Shown: positions 17,674 to 26,200 of the stretch, piece by piece
Numbering within the stretch: the first letter of the stretch is position 1
Layout of the letters: the number at the start of each line of letters is the position of its first letter
Assembly (NCBI GenBank): GCA_964386095.1
Contig: CAYLQM010000002.1
Span: forward strand, 1-59,895
Source: an uncultured Methanosarcinales archaeon
GTDB lineage: Archaea > Nanobdellota > Nanobdellia > Woesearchaeales > JASKKU01
Reading direction: 5' to 3'
DNA length: 59,895 bases
The notes under the pieces: generated by a model
What the model was told of the DNA's origin: nothing
What the model saw: the letters and a program-made list of their open reading frames with translations, nothing else
Database searches by the model: none
Program-made: the position numbers and the translations under genes

Positions 17674-18186
17674 CTATTCGTGCAATTTTCCAGACAATAT
17701 TGTAATCGATGAAATTGATAATCCGATACCTACGAGCTTTGCGAACAACCCTACTGTAGGATAAAGAGCAATCAAAGCCATAACCATAGTTATAGCACTG
17801 TAGGTAATCGTTTTATTGTTCTCAATTACAGAAATTATAAAATTCACAAGAGTTAGTGGTAAAACATAGCACCAACTTAAATCATTGTAATTATAACCAA
17901 AAATTCCGAAGAAAAACCCCGAGGCAACAATGAACTCTAATAAGAACTGTATCAGATTCATGTAATTTAAAGTCAACTTTTTCGGTTTTGGTAGGTCTTT
18001 TTTTAGTGCTTTGATGTCTCCACTCGTTCTTTTCCGGATTTTTTTTGCTTTTGCACTTTTACTTTTAGTTTTTGTTGTTTTTTTAGCCTGCTTTTGCCTT
18101 GCAGTAGTCTTAATCCTTCTGTTTGTGGTTTTTTTAACAGCAGTCTTTTTTGAAGCATTACTTTTTATTGATTTTTTCGCGGGCAT
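17674..18186 (-). CDS. Membrane protein with an extremely Lys/Thr-rich polybasic N-terminal tail
   Basis: 170 aa; the first ~75 aa are almost all K/T/A/S/R (AKKSIKSNASKKTAVKKTTNRRIKTTARQKQAKKTTKTKSKSAKAKKIRKR), followed by three hydrophobic segments. Confidence 0.5.
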   Translation of the reverse strand: MPAKKSIKSNASKKTAVKKTTNRRIKTTARQKQAKKTTKTKSKSAKAKKIRKRTSGDIKALKKDLPKPKKLTLNYMNLIQFLLEFIVASGFFFGIFGYNYNDLSWCYVLPLTLVNFIISVIENNKTITYSAITMVMALIALYPTVGLFAKLVGIGLSISSITILSGKLHE

Positions 18187-18256
18187 TTTAACCTTTAAAT
18201 AAATTACAATTATTTAAATATTTTCTTTTAATTAACAAATTACAAATTGATTTTTG

Positions 18257-18736
18257 TTATTTTCTCTTACGAAACCAGATTTGTTTTAGTATGATTAATG
18301 CTGTTCCCACACTTATCAGTGCGTCGGCCAGATTAAAATAAGGAATGTTTAAGACACTTATGAAATCAATTACTTCACCATAAAAGATTCGATCAATCAG
18401 ATTTCCCATCGCTCCAGAAAAGATTAATAAAAAACTTAGAATTAATACTTTGTCTTTTGATGAAATTATCTTTTTTAGATAAATCAAGATTAGAAGAACA
18501 ACAATTATGGACAATATACTTAAAAACAATCTATAATTAGTTAACAAACCAAACGCAGCTCCTGCATTTAGTATAACTTTAATTCTAAGAATATTAATGC
18601 AACCAAGTTTAAATTCCACAGAGGGATTTAACTGAAAAAAAAGAAGTTTAAGAATCCTATCTATTGTTATCAATAAACTGCTTATTAATAAAAAAACTAA
18701 TAACTTCTTATTCTTAAAATTAGAATCTGCGCGCAT
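18257..18736 (-). CDS. lspA: Lipoprotein signal peptidase (signal peptidase II, peptidase A8)
   Basis: 159 aa, 4 TM; family motifs NAGAAFG, GAMGNLIDR (first catalytic Asp), VIDF, FNLADA (second catalytic Asp). Confidence 0.85.
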   Translation of the reverse strand: MRADSNFKNKKLLVFLLISSLLITIDRILKLLFFQLNPSVEFKLGCINILRIKVILNAGAAFGLLTNYRLFLSILSIIVVLLILIYLKKIISSKDKVLILSFLLIFSGAMGNLIDRIFYGEVIDFISVLNIPYFNLADALISVGTALIILKQIWFRKRK

Positions 18737-19139
18737 TTTGTTGATTCTCTAAAACATACAGTCTCTGGTTAATGTTCTCAAGTAATACTTTCATGGTTTC
18801 AATTTTTGAACTGATTACTTCAAGTTCTTTTTGAATTTGCAACAATTCCTGATCTTTGTATGTTTGTCCATTGTTTCCAACGAAGTTTTGCTGCCGCATT
18901 TCATTAAAAGGTTCAAAGTTGTTTTGGTTATTGTTTTGTTGAGGGAACAAGTTTTGAGAAGAATTAAGGGGTCCCTGTTGCTGAAAAATCTCGCTTTGCG
19001 GTAAATTTAATCGGTCGTTGTTTACCAAAGGATCAGTTGTTTGTTGATTGATTAAGTTATCCGTGCTTGATTCACTGAACTCGAATTTTTCTAAATCCTT
19101 TTTCTTTTTTGAACCAAAAATTCGATTTAGGAAACTCAT
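18720..19139 (-). CDS. Hypothetical protein: N-terminal amphipathic FG-KKKK motif, Q/N-rich linker, C-terminal coiled coil
   Basis: 139 aa; MSFLNRIFGSKKKKDLEKFEF; Q/N-rich middle (QQGPLNSSQNLFPQQNNNQNNF); C-terminal LLQIQKELEVISSKIETMKVLLENINQRLYVLENQ; overlaps both neighbours. Confidence 0.45.
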   Translation of the reverse strand: MSFLNRIFGSKKKKDLEKFEFSESSTDNLINQQTTDPLVNNDRLNLPQSEIFQQQGPLNSSQNLFPQQNNNQNNFEPFNEMRQQNFVGNNGQTYKDQELLQIQKELEVISSKIETMKVLLENINQRLYVLENQQNARRF

Positions 19140-19729
19140 ATTCTCATCACACCGGCAATTTTTGAAATGATATTGCTATTGTTCTTAAGTTTTAGAGAGG
19201 TGATATTAACTTTGCCAATTTTTGTTTTTGGATATAACTTCAAATTACCTAAAAAGTACATGAAAGTTAATCTAAAAAGGCTTGTTTCATTAATAGCTTC
19301 TCTTAGCGTTGTGCAAATTTTTTCATAATCCTGATTCTCTTTTTTTGTACTTATTTCAGAAATTAGAGTTCTATTAAAAAGTTTTGTTTTTGAATTGAGA
19401 ACAACAACGGGAAAATCCCGCTTTTCTCGTTTTAATTCTTTTAAGCTTAAATTTGAACTTAACAAAGAGGCAGAACCGGTTTCTTCATCTGAACAATTAA
19501 TCGTTGCGAGTACTGAATCTTCTTCATCTTTCAAAACAAAAACCATTCCCCTTCCATTAACTTCGCTTAGATTAGTTTGAATGAAGAAGATATTTAGCAC
19601 ATAGAATATGAGTATAAGACCAAGACCTATAATCACAATTTTTACAATCAATTTGATGACTTTATTAATTAAATAAAGCAGCAGAACGATTATTGCGATG
19701 ATGATTATTAATTGAGATAAGGCATTCAT
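19136..19729 (-). CDS. Hypothetical bitopic/2-TM membrane protein with a soluble C-terminal domain
   Basis: 197 aa; two N-terminal hydrophobic helices; 4-nt overlaps with upstream and downstream genes. Confidence 0.45.
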   Translation of the reverse strand: MNALSQLIIIIAIIVLLLYLINKVIKLIVKIVIIGLGLILIFYVLNIFFIQTNLSEVNGRGMVFVLKDEEDSVLATINCSDEETGSASLLSSNLSLKELKREKRDFPVVVLNSKTKLFNRTLISEISTKKENQDYEKICTTLREAINETSLFRLTFMYFLGNLKLYPKTKIGKVNITSLKLKNNSNIISKIAGVMRI

Positions 19730-20502
19730 TTTGGTACAATCACCTCAATTTTTGTCCAAAACACTTTAAGGAAGATATAAGTCCCGATAGCGAGAAAAAC
19801 TATTAAAAGGAGCGCGCTAAAACTCTGCCATTTTTTAATTTTGAAAGCATGACTTAAAGCCCAACTTTCTAAAATTAATATGTATGCGAGTGCGATAAAA
19901 AGATAGGACATAAAAATGGAGCCTTTTATATAAAACAATGGCAAAAGAAGAAAAATTGAGTACGCATTAATTATGGATATTTCCCGGTTTTTTTTCTCGC
20001 CTGAAAATATGAAGAAAAATATCTGTTGTATCATCGATGCAACTTCATTTAAAATGTACAATATGAACGGTGAAATTATGACCACAGTGATAGCGTACGG
20101 TGCGAGTTCTAACTTTGATTGATCGAGAAATAAAAGGGAACCTCCCAAACCCAACGCGAACAGAGCATACAATACAAACAACCGTTTAGTGCTTGTGATT
20201 AGATAGGCTTTTTTCAGGTTTTCATAGCTAAAAGTCAGTATTCCAAATAATGTTTTTAATGAATCTAAAACTATCTTAAAGTAATTTTGCCCATAACTCT
20301 TATCAAAGTCCTGGGAAACGTCAAGATTTAGTTTTTTTTGATACTCTTCTATTCCTCTGGCTAGGTCGTCATCAATGCCATAAGTTATTTTCTTTTTAGT
20401 TTCTTTTTCTTGTTCTATCTCTTTAATGAACTTCTCTTTCTGCTTTAGAAAATCTGAAAATTCTTTGAATTGATCAGTCATGCATTTTTCATATTGCTTC
20501 AT
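19726..20502 (-). CDS. Hypothetical membrane protein (charged N-terminal ~90 aa plus a 5-TM Yip1-like C-terminal half)
   Basis: 258 aa; first gene of the overlapping 4-gene run that ends in lspA. Confidence 0.45.
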   Translation of the reverse strand: MKQYEKCMTDQFKEFSDFLKQKEKFIKEIEQEKETKKKITYGIDDDLARGIEEYQKKLNLDVSQDFDKSYGQNYFKIVLDSLKTLFGILTFSYENLKKAYLITSTKRLFVLYALFALGLGGSLLFLDQSKLELAPYAITVVIISPFILYILNEVASMIQQIFFFIFSGEKKNREISIINAYSIFLLLPLFYIKGSIFMSYLFIALAYILILESWALSHAFKIKKWQSFSALLLIVFLAIGTYIFLKVFWTKIEVIVPK

Positions 20503-20580
20503 ATTTAAATCTTTTTTCGTTTATTATAAAGTAGATTCAATCTTGATTGGATTTTTAAGTTAAAAAGTGTGTCACATACA

Positions 20581-21813
20581 TTACTTTAAGAACGAATTTA
20601 ATTGAATCTGTGAACTTATTTCTTTAAGCAGTTTACTTTGTTTTAAAATCGCATTAATGTTCGTGTTGAAATACTTTAATGCGTATTTTCTAACAAATTC
20701 AATCGCTAATTCGTTTGAAGAAAAACGCAATGGCTTGTTACTCAAAACTTTCTTAACCGTTTCTCTCACAACCCAGACTCCTAAAGGTGCCCAGTACTCT
20801 TTTGTTATAAACCTCAGCAAAAGTGTACTTGCTTGCTTCTTTTTTTCATCAAGATGTTGTAAAACTGATAATCTTGCAGCGTAATACCCGCCAGCAGTTT
20901 CCGTGGCATATTCCTTTCTTCCAAAAGAACTTTCATGATTTGTGGTGTAACTTAAAGGTTCTCGATTTTTAGAAAAATTTGATTCAAACACGGGCATCTC
21001 GAACAATTCATATCTAAAAATATTTGGCAGGAAAATGGTAATAAAATAGTTTCCATACTCTCCGCCAACAAAGACTTCGGGATTTTCTATTTGTTTATAT
21101 TTCATGACTTGCGAAATTAAGTTCTTTCCACTGATGTCATCCACCGCAGTAATTGACCATCTTGTAGGAACAAATTTGGAATTAAGTTTCTTTCCGAGAA
21201 GTCCTGTAGAAAAAACTTTAGTAATGTAATATACATCAAATTTTCTGCTCAACTTGTTTATGGCATCTGTTGCTTTCAAGTCGTCATTTGTTATTTTATC
21301 AACACTATTTGGCACTTTCGGGTTGCTCACGACTTTTACTTTTTCCATTTGAGCATTTGGACCGAAAGGTGTTATCGTTTGATTAAAATTTAGATTGAAT
21401 TTTGGAGCGTGACTGAATCGTACTTCAGTTTCAACAGGTTTTTTTGAGAGTGAAATCTCTTTGAAAGCATCAAGAATACTCTCCTTTTTTCTATTTGCTA
21501 ATGCGTTTGTTTTAACATAAGAGTTCACAAGCTGAACCCTCTTTTTAATGATTTCATCTATGGGAACAGATTTCATGCTCCATAATGCAGGCTCATCATG
21601 ATGTTCATACTCTTCAACTGAAAGCGCGCCAACATTTATCTTTGGGTAATTAAATCTACTCACAAAAACGTTTGGTGACTCGCCAAAGAACTCTTTTTTG
21701 TTATTGGAGAACTTCTGCTGAAATCCCTTTTTATAGTAAATCTTTGCCTGAAGCGGACAATACTTCCGTCCACAATACAGTCGTCCTTTACAGAACGCGC
21801 ATTCAACATTCAT
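20581..21813 (-). CDS. Archaeal Nre-family DNA repair protein candidate (DUF650/DUF651, COG1602) with a C-terminal PIP-like box
   Basis: 410 aa; N-terminal Cys cluster CAFCKGRLYCGRKYCP; extreme C-terminus QIQLNSFL (20587-20610) fits the PCNA-interacting motif Q-x-x-(L/I/M)-x-x-(F/Y)-(F/Y/L); family assignment is from memory of the N-terminal pattern and size. Confidence 0.5.
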   Translation of the reverse strand: MNVECAFCKGRLYCGRKYCPLQAKIYYKKGFQQKFSNNKKEFFGESPNVFVSRFNYPKINVGALSVEEYEHHDEPALWSMKSVPIDEIIKKRVQLVNSYVKTNALANRKKESILDAFKEISLSKKPVETEVRFSHAPKFNLNFNQTITPFGPNAQMEKVKVVSNPKVPNSVDKITNDDLKATDAINKLSRKFDVYYITKVFSTGLLGKKLNSKFVPTRWSITAVDDISGKNLISQVMKYKQIENPEVFVGGEYGNYFITIFLPNIFRYELFEMPVFESNFSKNREPLSYTTNHESSFGRKEYATETAGGYYAARLSVLQHLDEKKKQASTLLLRFITKEYWAPLGVWVVRETVKKVLSNKPLRFSSNELAIEFVRKYALKYFNTNINAILKQSKLLKEISSQIQLNSFLK

Positions 21814-21908
21814 ATTTGTTTCTGCAGGATTTTTATCTTTTTATTATTTCCTATAAATTTTTGCTAAACAAATCAATCCTGTTTTTATGTTTGCTAAATC
21901 ATTATCTA

Positions 21909-22661
21909 TTAGAAAAATTCAAACTCGTTTGAAATAATGCGCTCAGCGATTCTCAAATAATCTGAAGTTGCTTTAGCTTTTTTGTCTAATTCAAATATAC
22001 TCTTTCCCTTTTTAGCCATATCTTTGACAATTGCGTTTACTCTTACAGCATTCATGACAACGCCATCAAAACCTTTTTTAATTTCCTGAAGATTTTCTTT
22101 GGATATTCTGCTCCGTTGATCAAACATCGTTGGAATTATTGCAGTTATGTTGATCGGATGTTTAAATACGGAATTTATTTCTTCAATAAGTTTCACGACT
22201 TTTCTTAATCCGGTAACTCCCAAGTAGTCGGTAGAAACCGGAATGAATGCTTCATTTGTATAGAGTAAAGCATTGTAATTTAACAAAGTGTTTGACGGGG
22301 GACAATCTATTAAGACGAAATCATAATTAAAAACAGGTCCAAGTTTCCGTTTGAGTACCGTTTCCCGATTTAGCATGCCCGCAAGTATTAACTCAGCTTT
22401 ATCTAAATTTTTTGAAGGGATTACATCCACGTTTTCGTTGTAATTCACAATACATTCCGAGACATGAATCTCTTCGTCAACAAGAAGTTCATACATGGTT
22501 TTAGGATTAGCGACACATAAAGTTAATGATAGGTTTGCTTGCGGATCTAAATCTACTAAAAGAACCCGCTTTCCTTTAAGAGCAAGAGCAAATGCGAGGT
22601 TAATCGTTGTTGTTGTTTTTCCCACACCACCTTTTAGATTAACAACCGAAATTTTTCTCAT
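21909..22661 (-). CDS. parA: ParA/Soj-type deviant Walker A ATPase
   Basis: 250 aa; VVNLKGGVGKTTTTINLA (KGGxGK(T/S)), LLVDLDPQANLS, FVLIDCPPS. Confidence 0.85.
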   Translation of the reverse strand: MRKISVVNLKGGVGKTTTTINLAFALALKGKRVLLVDLDPQANLSLTLCVANPKTMYELLVDEEIHVSECIVNYNENVDVIPSKNLDKAELILAGMLNRETVLKRKLGPVFNYDFVLIDCPPSNTLLNYNALLYTNEAFIPVSTDYLGVTGLRKVVKLIEEINSVFKHPINITAIIPTMFDQRSRISKENLQEIKKGFDGVVMNAVRVNAIVKDMAKKGKSIFELDKKAKATSDYLRIAERIISNEFEFF

Positions 22662-22740
22662 TGTAAAGTGAGGAAGAAATCTTCATTATATAAATGTTTT
22701 TTGAACAAATAAAGAAAATAAACAAAAAACAAAGGACTTC

Positions 22741-22980
22741 TTAAAGAAGTTTTATGTTCTCGGCACCTTTTGGAACAGCTACATATTTAATTCTCTTTTT
22801 AGCAGATTCTTTTCTGCTGGGCAAGTATGAAATTTTCACCACTTTTTTCCCTTTTCTTGTTGTTACTTTATTGCTCTCAAGCATCACTTTAATTGCCCTA
22901 TCAGGCACCAAAACCTGCTTAGCCCTTCTTTTACCATTCAAAGTATATTTCAGAATTTTTTTCTTTGCCATATTTACCAC
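22741..22980 (-). CDS. Small, very basic Lys-rich protein (possible nucleic-acid-binding protein)
   Basis: 79 aa with roughly 30 percent K+R (KKKILKYTLNGKRRAKQ...TTRKGKKVVKISYLPSRKESAKKRIKY); no family recognised; lies 79 nt upstream of parA on the same strand. Confidence 0.4.
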   Translation of the reverse strand: MVNMAKKKILKYTLNGKRRAKQVLVPDRAIKVMLESNKVTTRKGKKVVKISYLPSRKESAKKRIKYVAVPKGAENIKLL

Positions 22981-23104
22981 CGCAAAATATCTTTTCTCTA
23001 GCTTATTTTTGGAAAGCTATTATTTAAAATTTTCGTTTTTTAACAACTTCTTGAATATTATTTTTTAAAAGATTGGAGAAAATGAGGCAATTTTTTAATC
23101 TTAA

Positions 23105-23386
23105 TTATTCTAATCCCATTGTTTCTTTAAAACATTTTACCTTTATGAGGTTGTCTAAGAAATCACGTCCTTTATCAGTAATTATTAAATATTTTTGCTC
23201 ATTTCTTTTAACAAAATCGACATACTCTTTTTTGACCAAATCTTCAAGATAATTTTTCATTAGCTTATAAGAAAGATTCGCCTTTGTCATTAATTGGGTC
23301 CGTTTAATTCTACCGCTCTTATTTAATATAATTAAAAGAATATCATAAAGGATTTCCTCTTGTGTTCTTTTATGTTTGGTTTTCAT
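23105..23386 (-). CDS. Winged-helix DNA-binding protein
   Basis: 93 aa; ILYDILLIILNKSGRIKRTQLMTKANLSYKLMKNYLEDLVKKEYVDFV...YLIITDKGRDFL is the typical small archaeal wHTH pattern. Confidence 0.65.
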   Translation of the reverse strand: MKTKHKRTQEEILYDILLIILNKSGRIKRTQLMTKANLSYKLMKNYLEDLVKKEYVDFVKRNEQKYLIITDKGRDFLDNLIKVKCFKETMGLE

Positions 23387-24069
23387 TTTTTGCTTTTAGT
23401 TCCAAAAACTACTAAACTGTATGCAATTAAAAAAAAGATGAATGCGATCAATTCTAAAATTTTCGCATTGACATAAAACCGTGATAGGAATGTTAAAAAA
23501 AGCACTTGGCTTAACATGAGACAAAGGAAAGCTGTCATTATCATCTTCTGACTGGGCTGTTTTAATTTTGTTTTTTTAAAGTAGAAATAACTAATTTCCG
23601 CAAGCAAAACTACGTTTGTTAAGTGAAATAAATGTGGTATGAATGATGAAATATATGTCACAATTGTCGTGAAAAATACTAAAAGAAAAACATGCCTTTT
23701 TTCTTCACTCCTCGTGATTAGAAAATAAAGCCCGACTAATCCCAACAAGAATAAAATCCTGCTAATTGCGTTAATAAGCACTTCAGATTGAATTATAGCA
23801 ATGCTTGCATACTTTAAATGAAAGTTGCCTATGAAAACTTCTCTTTCAACGGGAAAGTAAAAATTAAGGTCTTTGAATGCTTTTATTAAGTATGAGCCTG
23901 CAATAAGCAAAAACGAAATGAAAAGCCATTTTGTTTTTTTATCGTTTGTTATTCGGGTTGCTTTGTATGCGAAAAAAGCGATAAGTAGAAACACAACGAT
24001 TCCAAAGTATTCAAAAATGCAATCGATTCCACGAAACCAAGGTGGGGCAACTATTATGGATAACATCAT
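23383..24069 (-). CDS. Hypothetical 6-7 TM membrane protein, translationally coupled to the downstream wHTH gene
   Basis: 228 aa, strongly hydrophobic; 4-nt overlap with 23105..23386. Confidence 0.45.
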   Translation of the reverse strand: MMLSIIVAPPWFRGIDCIFEYFGIVVFLLIAFFAYKATRITNDKKTKWLFISFLLIAGSYLIKAFKDLNFYFPVEREVFIGNFHLKYASIAIIQSEVLINAISRILFLLGLVGLYFLITRSEEKRHVFLLVFFTTIVTYISSFIPHLFHLTNVVLLAEISYFYFKKTKLKQPSQKMIMTAFLCLMLSQVLFLTFLSRFYVNAKILELIAFIFFLIAYSLVVFGTKSKK

Positions 24070-24141
24070 TTTGCATTTACTCGTTTGAGAACATTTTATA
24101 AAAAACTTATGAAACTTTAGTATAAAATTTTCTTAATATTT

Positions 24142-24837
24142 TTACAACAACTCCGCACGCTTCTTTTTTATAAGAACTTCCGCAATTCTTTTTGGCAATT
24201 TTACAATATCATCCTCAATAAAAGGACCGTAAATCTTCAAATCGGGACCGATGAATTTCGGGACAGGGTTTAAAATTCGAATCATTAGGAATTTTTCTTC
24301 TTCACTCTCTGTTTTTTGAGCCTCATTTTTTTTAACATATTCTGGATTATAATTCACCTTTGAAAACATCATAAGATTTTCAATAACGCCCGAATGATAA
24401 TTTTTGAGGTGACTCAAAAAATTTTCAAAAAGCAACTTTTCTTCATCAAGCATGTTTTCAACATCTGAACTTTGACTTTTAGTTTTTACAGCTATGATTG
24501 CTAAGTCGCATACTTTTTTGATTCTTCGTTCTATTATTTCTTTAACAATCGCTTTGAGATTATTTAGTTCTCTTAACCCCTTTTCTTTGTCTGCAGAAAC
24601 AAAGATGTCTTCGGTGTTGTTTTTGAATAGGAATTCGTACTTTTGTTTCATGTATTTTAATACATCATCAAAAAATGTCCTTGGAAGTTTTTGCAGCATG
24701 AGGTTCTTCTTTTCACTCCTGAGAATATCAAAAAGACTTTCATAAGTTATTTTAATTTCCTCATCGTTTTGATTTTCCATACTTATTAAGTGGTAACTAT
24801 TGTTTTTTAAGTTTTTTATTTTTATCCTGCAAAACAT
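24142..24837 (-). CDS. GINS complex subunit (Gins51-like: A domain then B domain)
   Basis: Likely start at Met-20 (ATG at 24780, MENQNDEE); ITYESLFDILRSEKKNLMLQKLPRTFFDDVLKYM (A domain) and C-terminal ILNPVPKFIGPDLKIYGPFIEDDIVKLPKRIAEVLIKKKRAELL (B domain) match the archaeal GINS pattern. Confidence 0.6.
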   Translation of the reverse strand: MFCRIKIKNLKNNSYHLISMENQNDEEIKITYESLFDILRSEKKNLMLQKLPRTFFDDVLKYMKQKYEFLFKNNTEDIFVSADKEKGLRELNNLKAIVKEIIERRIKKVCDLAIIAVKTKSQSSDVENMLDEEKLLFENFLSHLKNYHSGVIENLMMFSKVNYNPEYVKKNEAQKTESEEEKFLMIRILNPVPKFIGPDLKIYGPFIEDDIVKLPKRIAEVLIKKKRAELL

Positions 24838-24879
24838 TCATTTTAACTGTTAAATGCGCACTGAAACTTAGATTCGCTA

Positions 24880-25491
24880 TTATAACTCCAAAATTTTTCC
24901 AAACTTTCCAACATTAATCACCTTTGTTCTACCCATGTTCTCCTCGATTCCAGCAGCTTCATGTACGTGAGAGCACAATACCAAATCTGGCTCGAATTCT
25001 TTGATGATTCTTTCAAGCGCGCTGCTTCCTTTAAAGAACGAAGAAAAATTTTCAATGAGTGAACCTGAAGGATGAACATGACTAACAACAACTTTTTTTG
25101 TTATGTCTTTAGATTTAGATATCTTCATAAGATTTTTATTTAACATCTCAAAAATCTTTTCTTCAGAAAATGGAAACGGTCCAACATTGGCGCCGCCTAT
25201 TCCGGTAAAGGCAATATTTTCATAATTTACGATCTTGTTGTGTAAGTTCGTAATATTATAAAACTCACTTAAAAAATCTGCAGTTGCACCAGATTCATGA
25301 TTTCCTCTTACAAACATAACCTTAAGATTTCTTTTCACAAACTCATAGAATGTACCTGGAAAGAAATTGTTAAAATGAGTAATGTCGCCACAAACCAAAA
25401 CCAAATTAACCTTTTCTTTTTCCGCTTTTTCCGCTAACGCTTTTGATAATGAAACATCTCCATGTATATCGCCAAAGGCTAAGACTTTCAT
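24880..25491 (-). CDS. Metallophosphoesterase (YfcE/MJ0936-like), second copy in the window
   Basis: GDIHGD, CGDITH, RGNHES, SHVHP, CSHVHE motif series. Confidence 0.8.
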   Translation of the reverse strand: MKVLAFGDIHGDVSLSKALAEKAEKEKVNLVLVCGDITHFNNFFPGTFYEFVKRNLKVMFVRGNHESGATADFLSEFYNITNLHNKIVNYENIAFTGIGGANVGPFPFSEEKIFEMLNKNLMKISKSKDITKKVVVSHVHPSGSLIENFSSFFKGSSALERIIKEFEPDLVLCSHVHEAAGIEENMGRTKVINVGKFGKILEL

Positions 25492-25511
25492 TTTTTTAAG
25501 AACAAGAGAAT

Positions 25512-26108
25512 TTATCTTCTTAGTATTATTGGCTTGTTTGAGGATAAATCAACAACAATTGAATGCTTTTTAAGCATAATATCGTGATGTATAAAGTAGT
25601 GTATGTTACCTAAATGAGCGGGTTCTAAGTCTTCAGGACCCTCAATTAAACTCCCTTCGCTTCTGGTAGCAGCTGTCGATACGAAAGGACGATTCAATTG
25701 ATTGATAATTCTAGAAATCCAGTGATTTGGTAATCTAACTCCAACAGTATCTCTTCCAGCAGTTACCAATGGAGAAACTGCCTCTTTGTTTTTTAATTTA
25801 AGTATAAATGTAAAAGGACCCGGAAGCTTTTTTAACCAATTTTCAATATTTTCATTAACTTCGCAGTTCATATAAATCCATTCCAAATTAGGCACCATGA
25901 TTGAAAATGGATTGTTACTCTTTTTGAGCGTTCTGATTCGTCTTACAGGTTCATCTTGTGTGGCTATTGCACCTATGCCAAAAATGGTGTCTGTAGGATG
26001 AATGAATAATTTGCCATCAAGCATTTCTTTTATAAAGATATGTGGCTTTAGCTCAACTTCTTCCTTTGTAACAATTTGCATTTCTAAAAGGGAGTATTTT
26101 AATTTCAA
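25512..26108 (-). CDS. YrdC/TsaC-domain protein (threonylcarbamoyl-AMP synthase family), short form with divergent signature residues
   Basis: 198 aa; HPTDTIFGIGA, PFSIMV, GPFTFIL, VGVRLPNH, PFVSTAAT; lacks the Sua5 C-terminal domain; the K-x-R / S-x-N tetrad appears as K-K-S / A-A-T in my by-eye alignment. Confidence 0.7.
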   Translation of the reverse strand: MKLKYSLLEMQIVTKEEVELKPHIFIKEMLDGKLFIHPTDTIFGIGAIATQDEPVRRIRTLKKSNNPFSIMVPNLEWIYMNCEVNENIENWLKKLPGPFTFILKLKNKEAVSPLVTAGRDTVGVRLPNHWISRIINQLNRPFVSTAATRSEGSLIEGPEDLEPAHLGNIHYFIHHDIMLKKHSIVVDLSSNKPIILRR

Positions 26109-26166
26109 TTAAAAATTTTTCCAATTATCTCTTAAAATGTAGTAACTCTTTTTTAAAAACCTTAGT

Positions 26167-26180
26167 AAAATATTTAAATT
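26167..26180 (+). promoter_or_regulatory. TATA-box-like element upstream of the RNase P RNA gene
   Basis: AAAATATTTAAATT centred about 27 nt upstream of the first base of the P1 stem (26201). Confidence 0.4.
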
Positions 26181-26200
26181 TCTATATTTTTGATGGTTGT

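Noticed and set aside
21860-21898. Direct repeat TTTGCTAAA twice, 30 bp apart, between parA and the Nre-like gene
   Set aside because: There are only two 9-mers in an AT-rich spacer, which cannot be distinguished from chance without comparative data.
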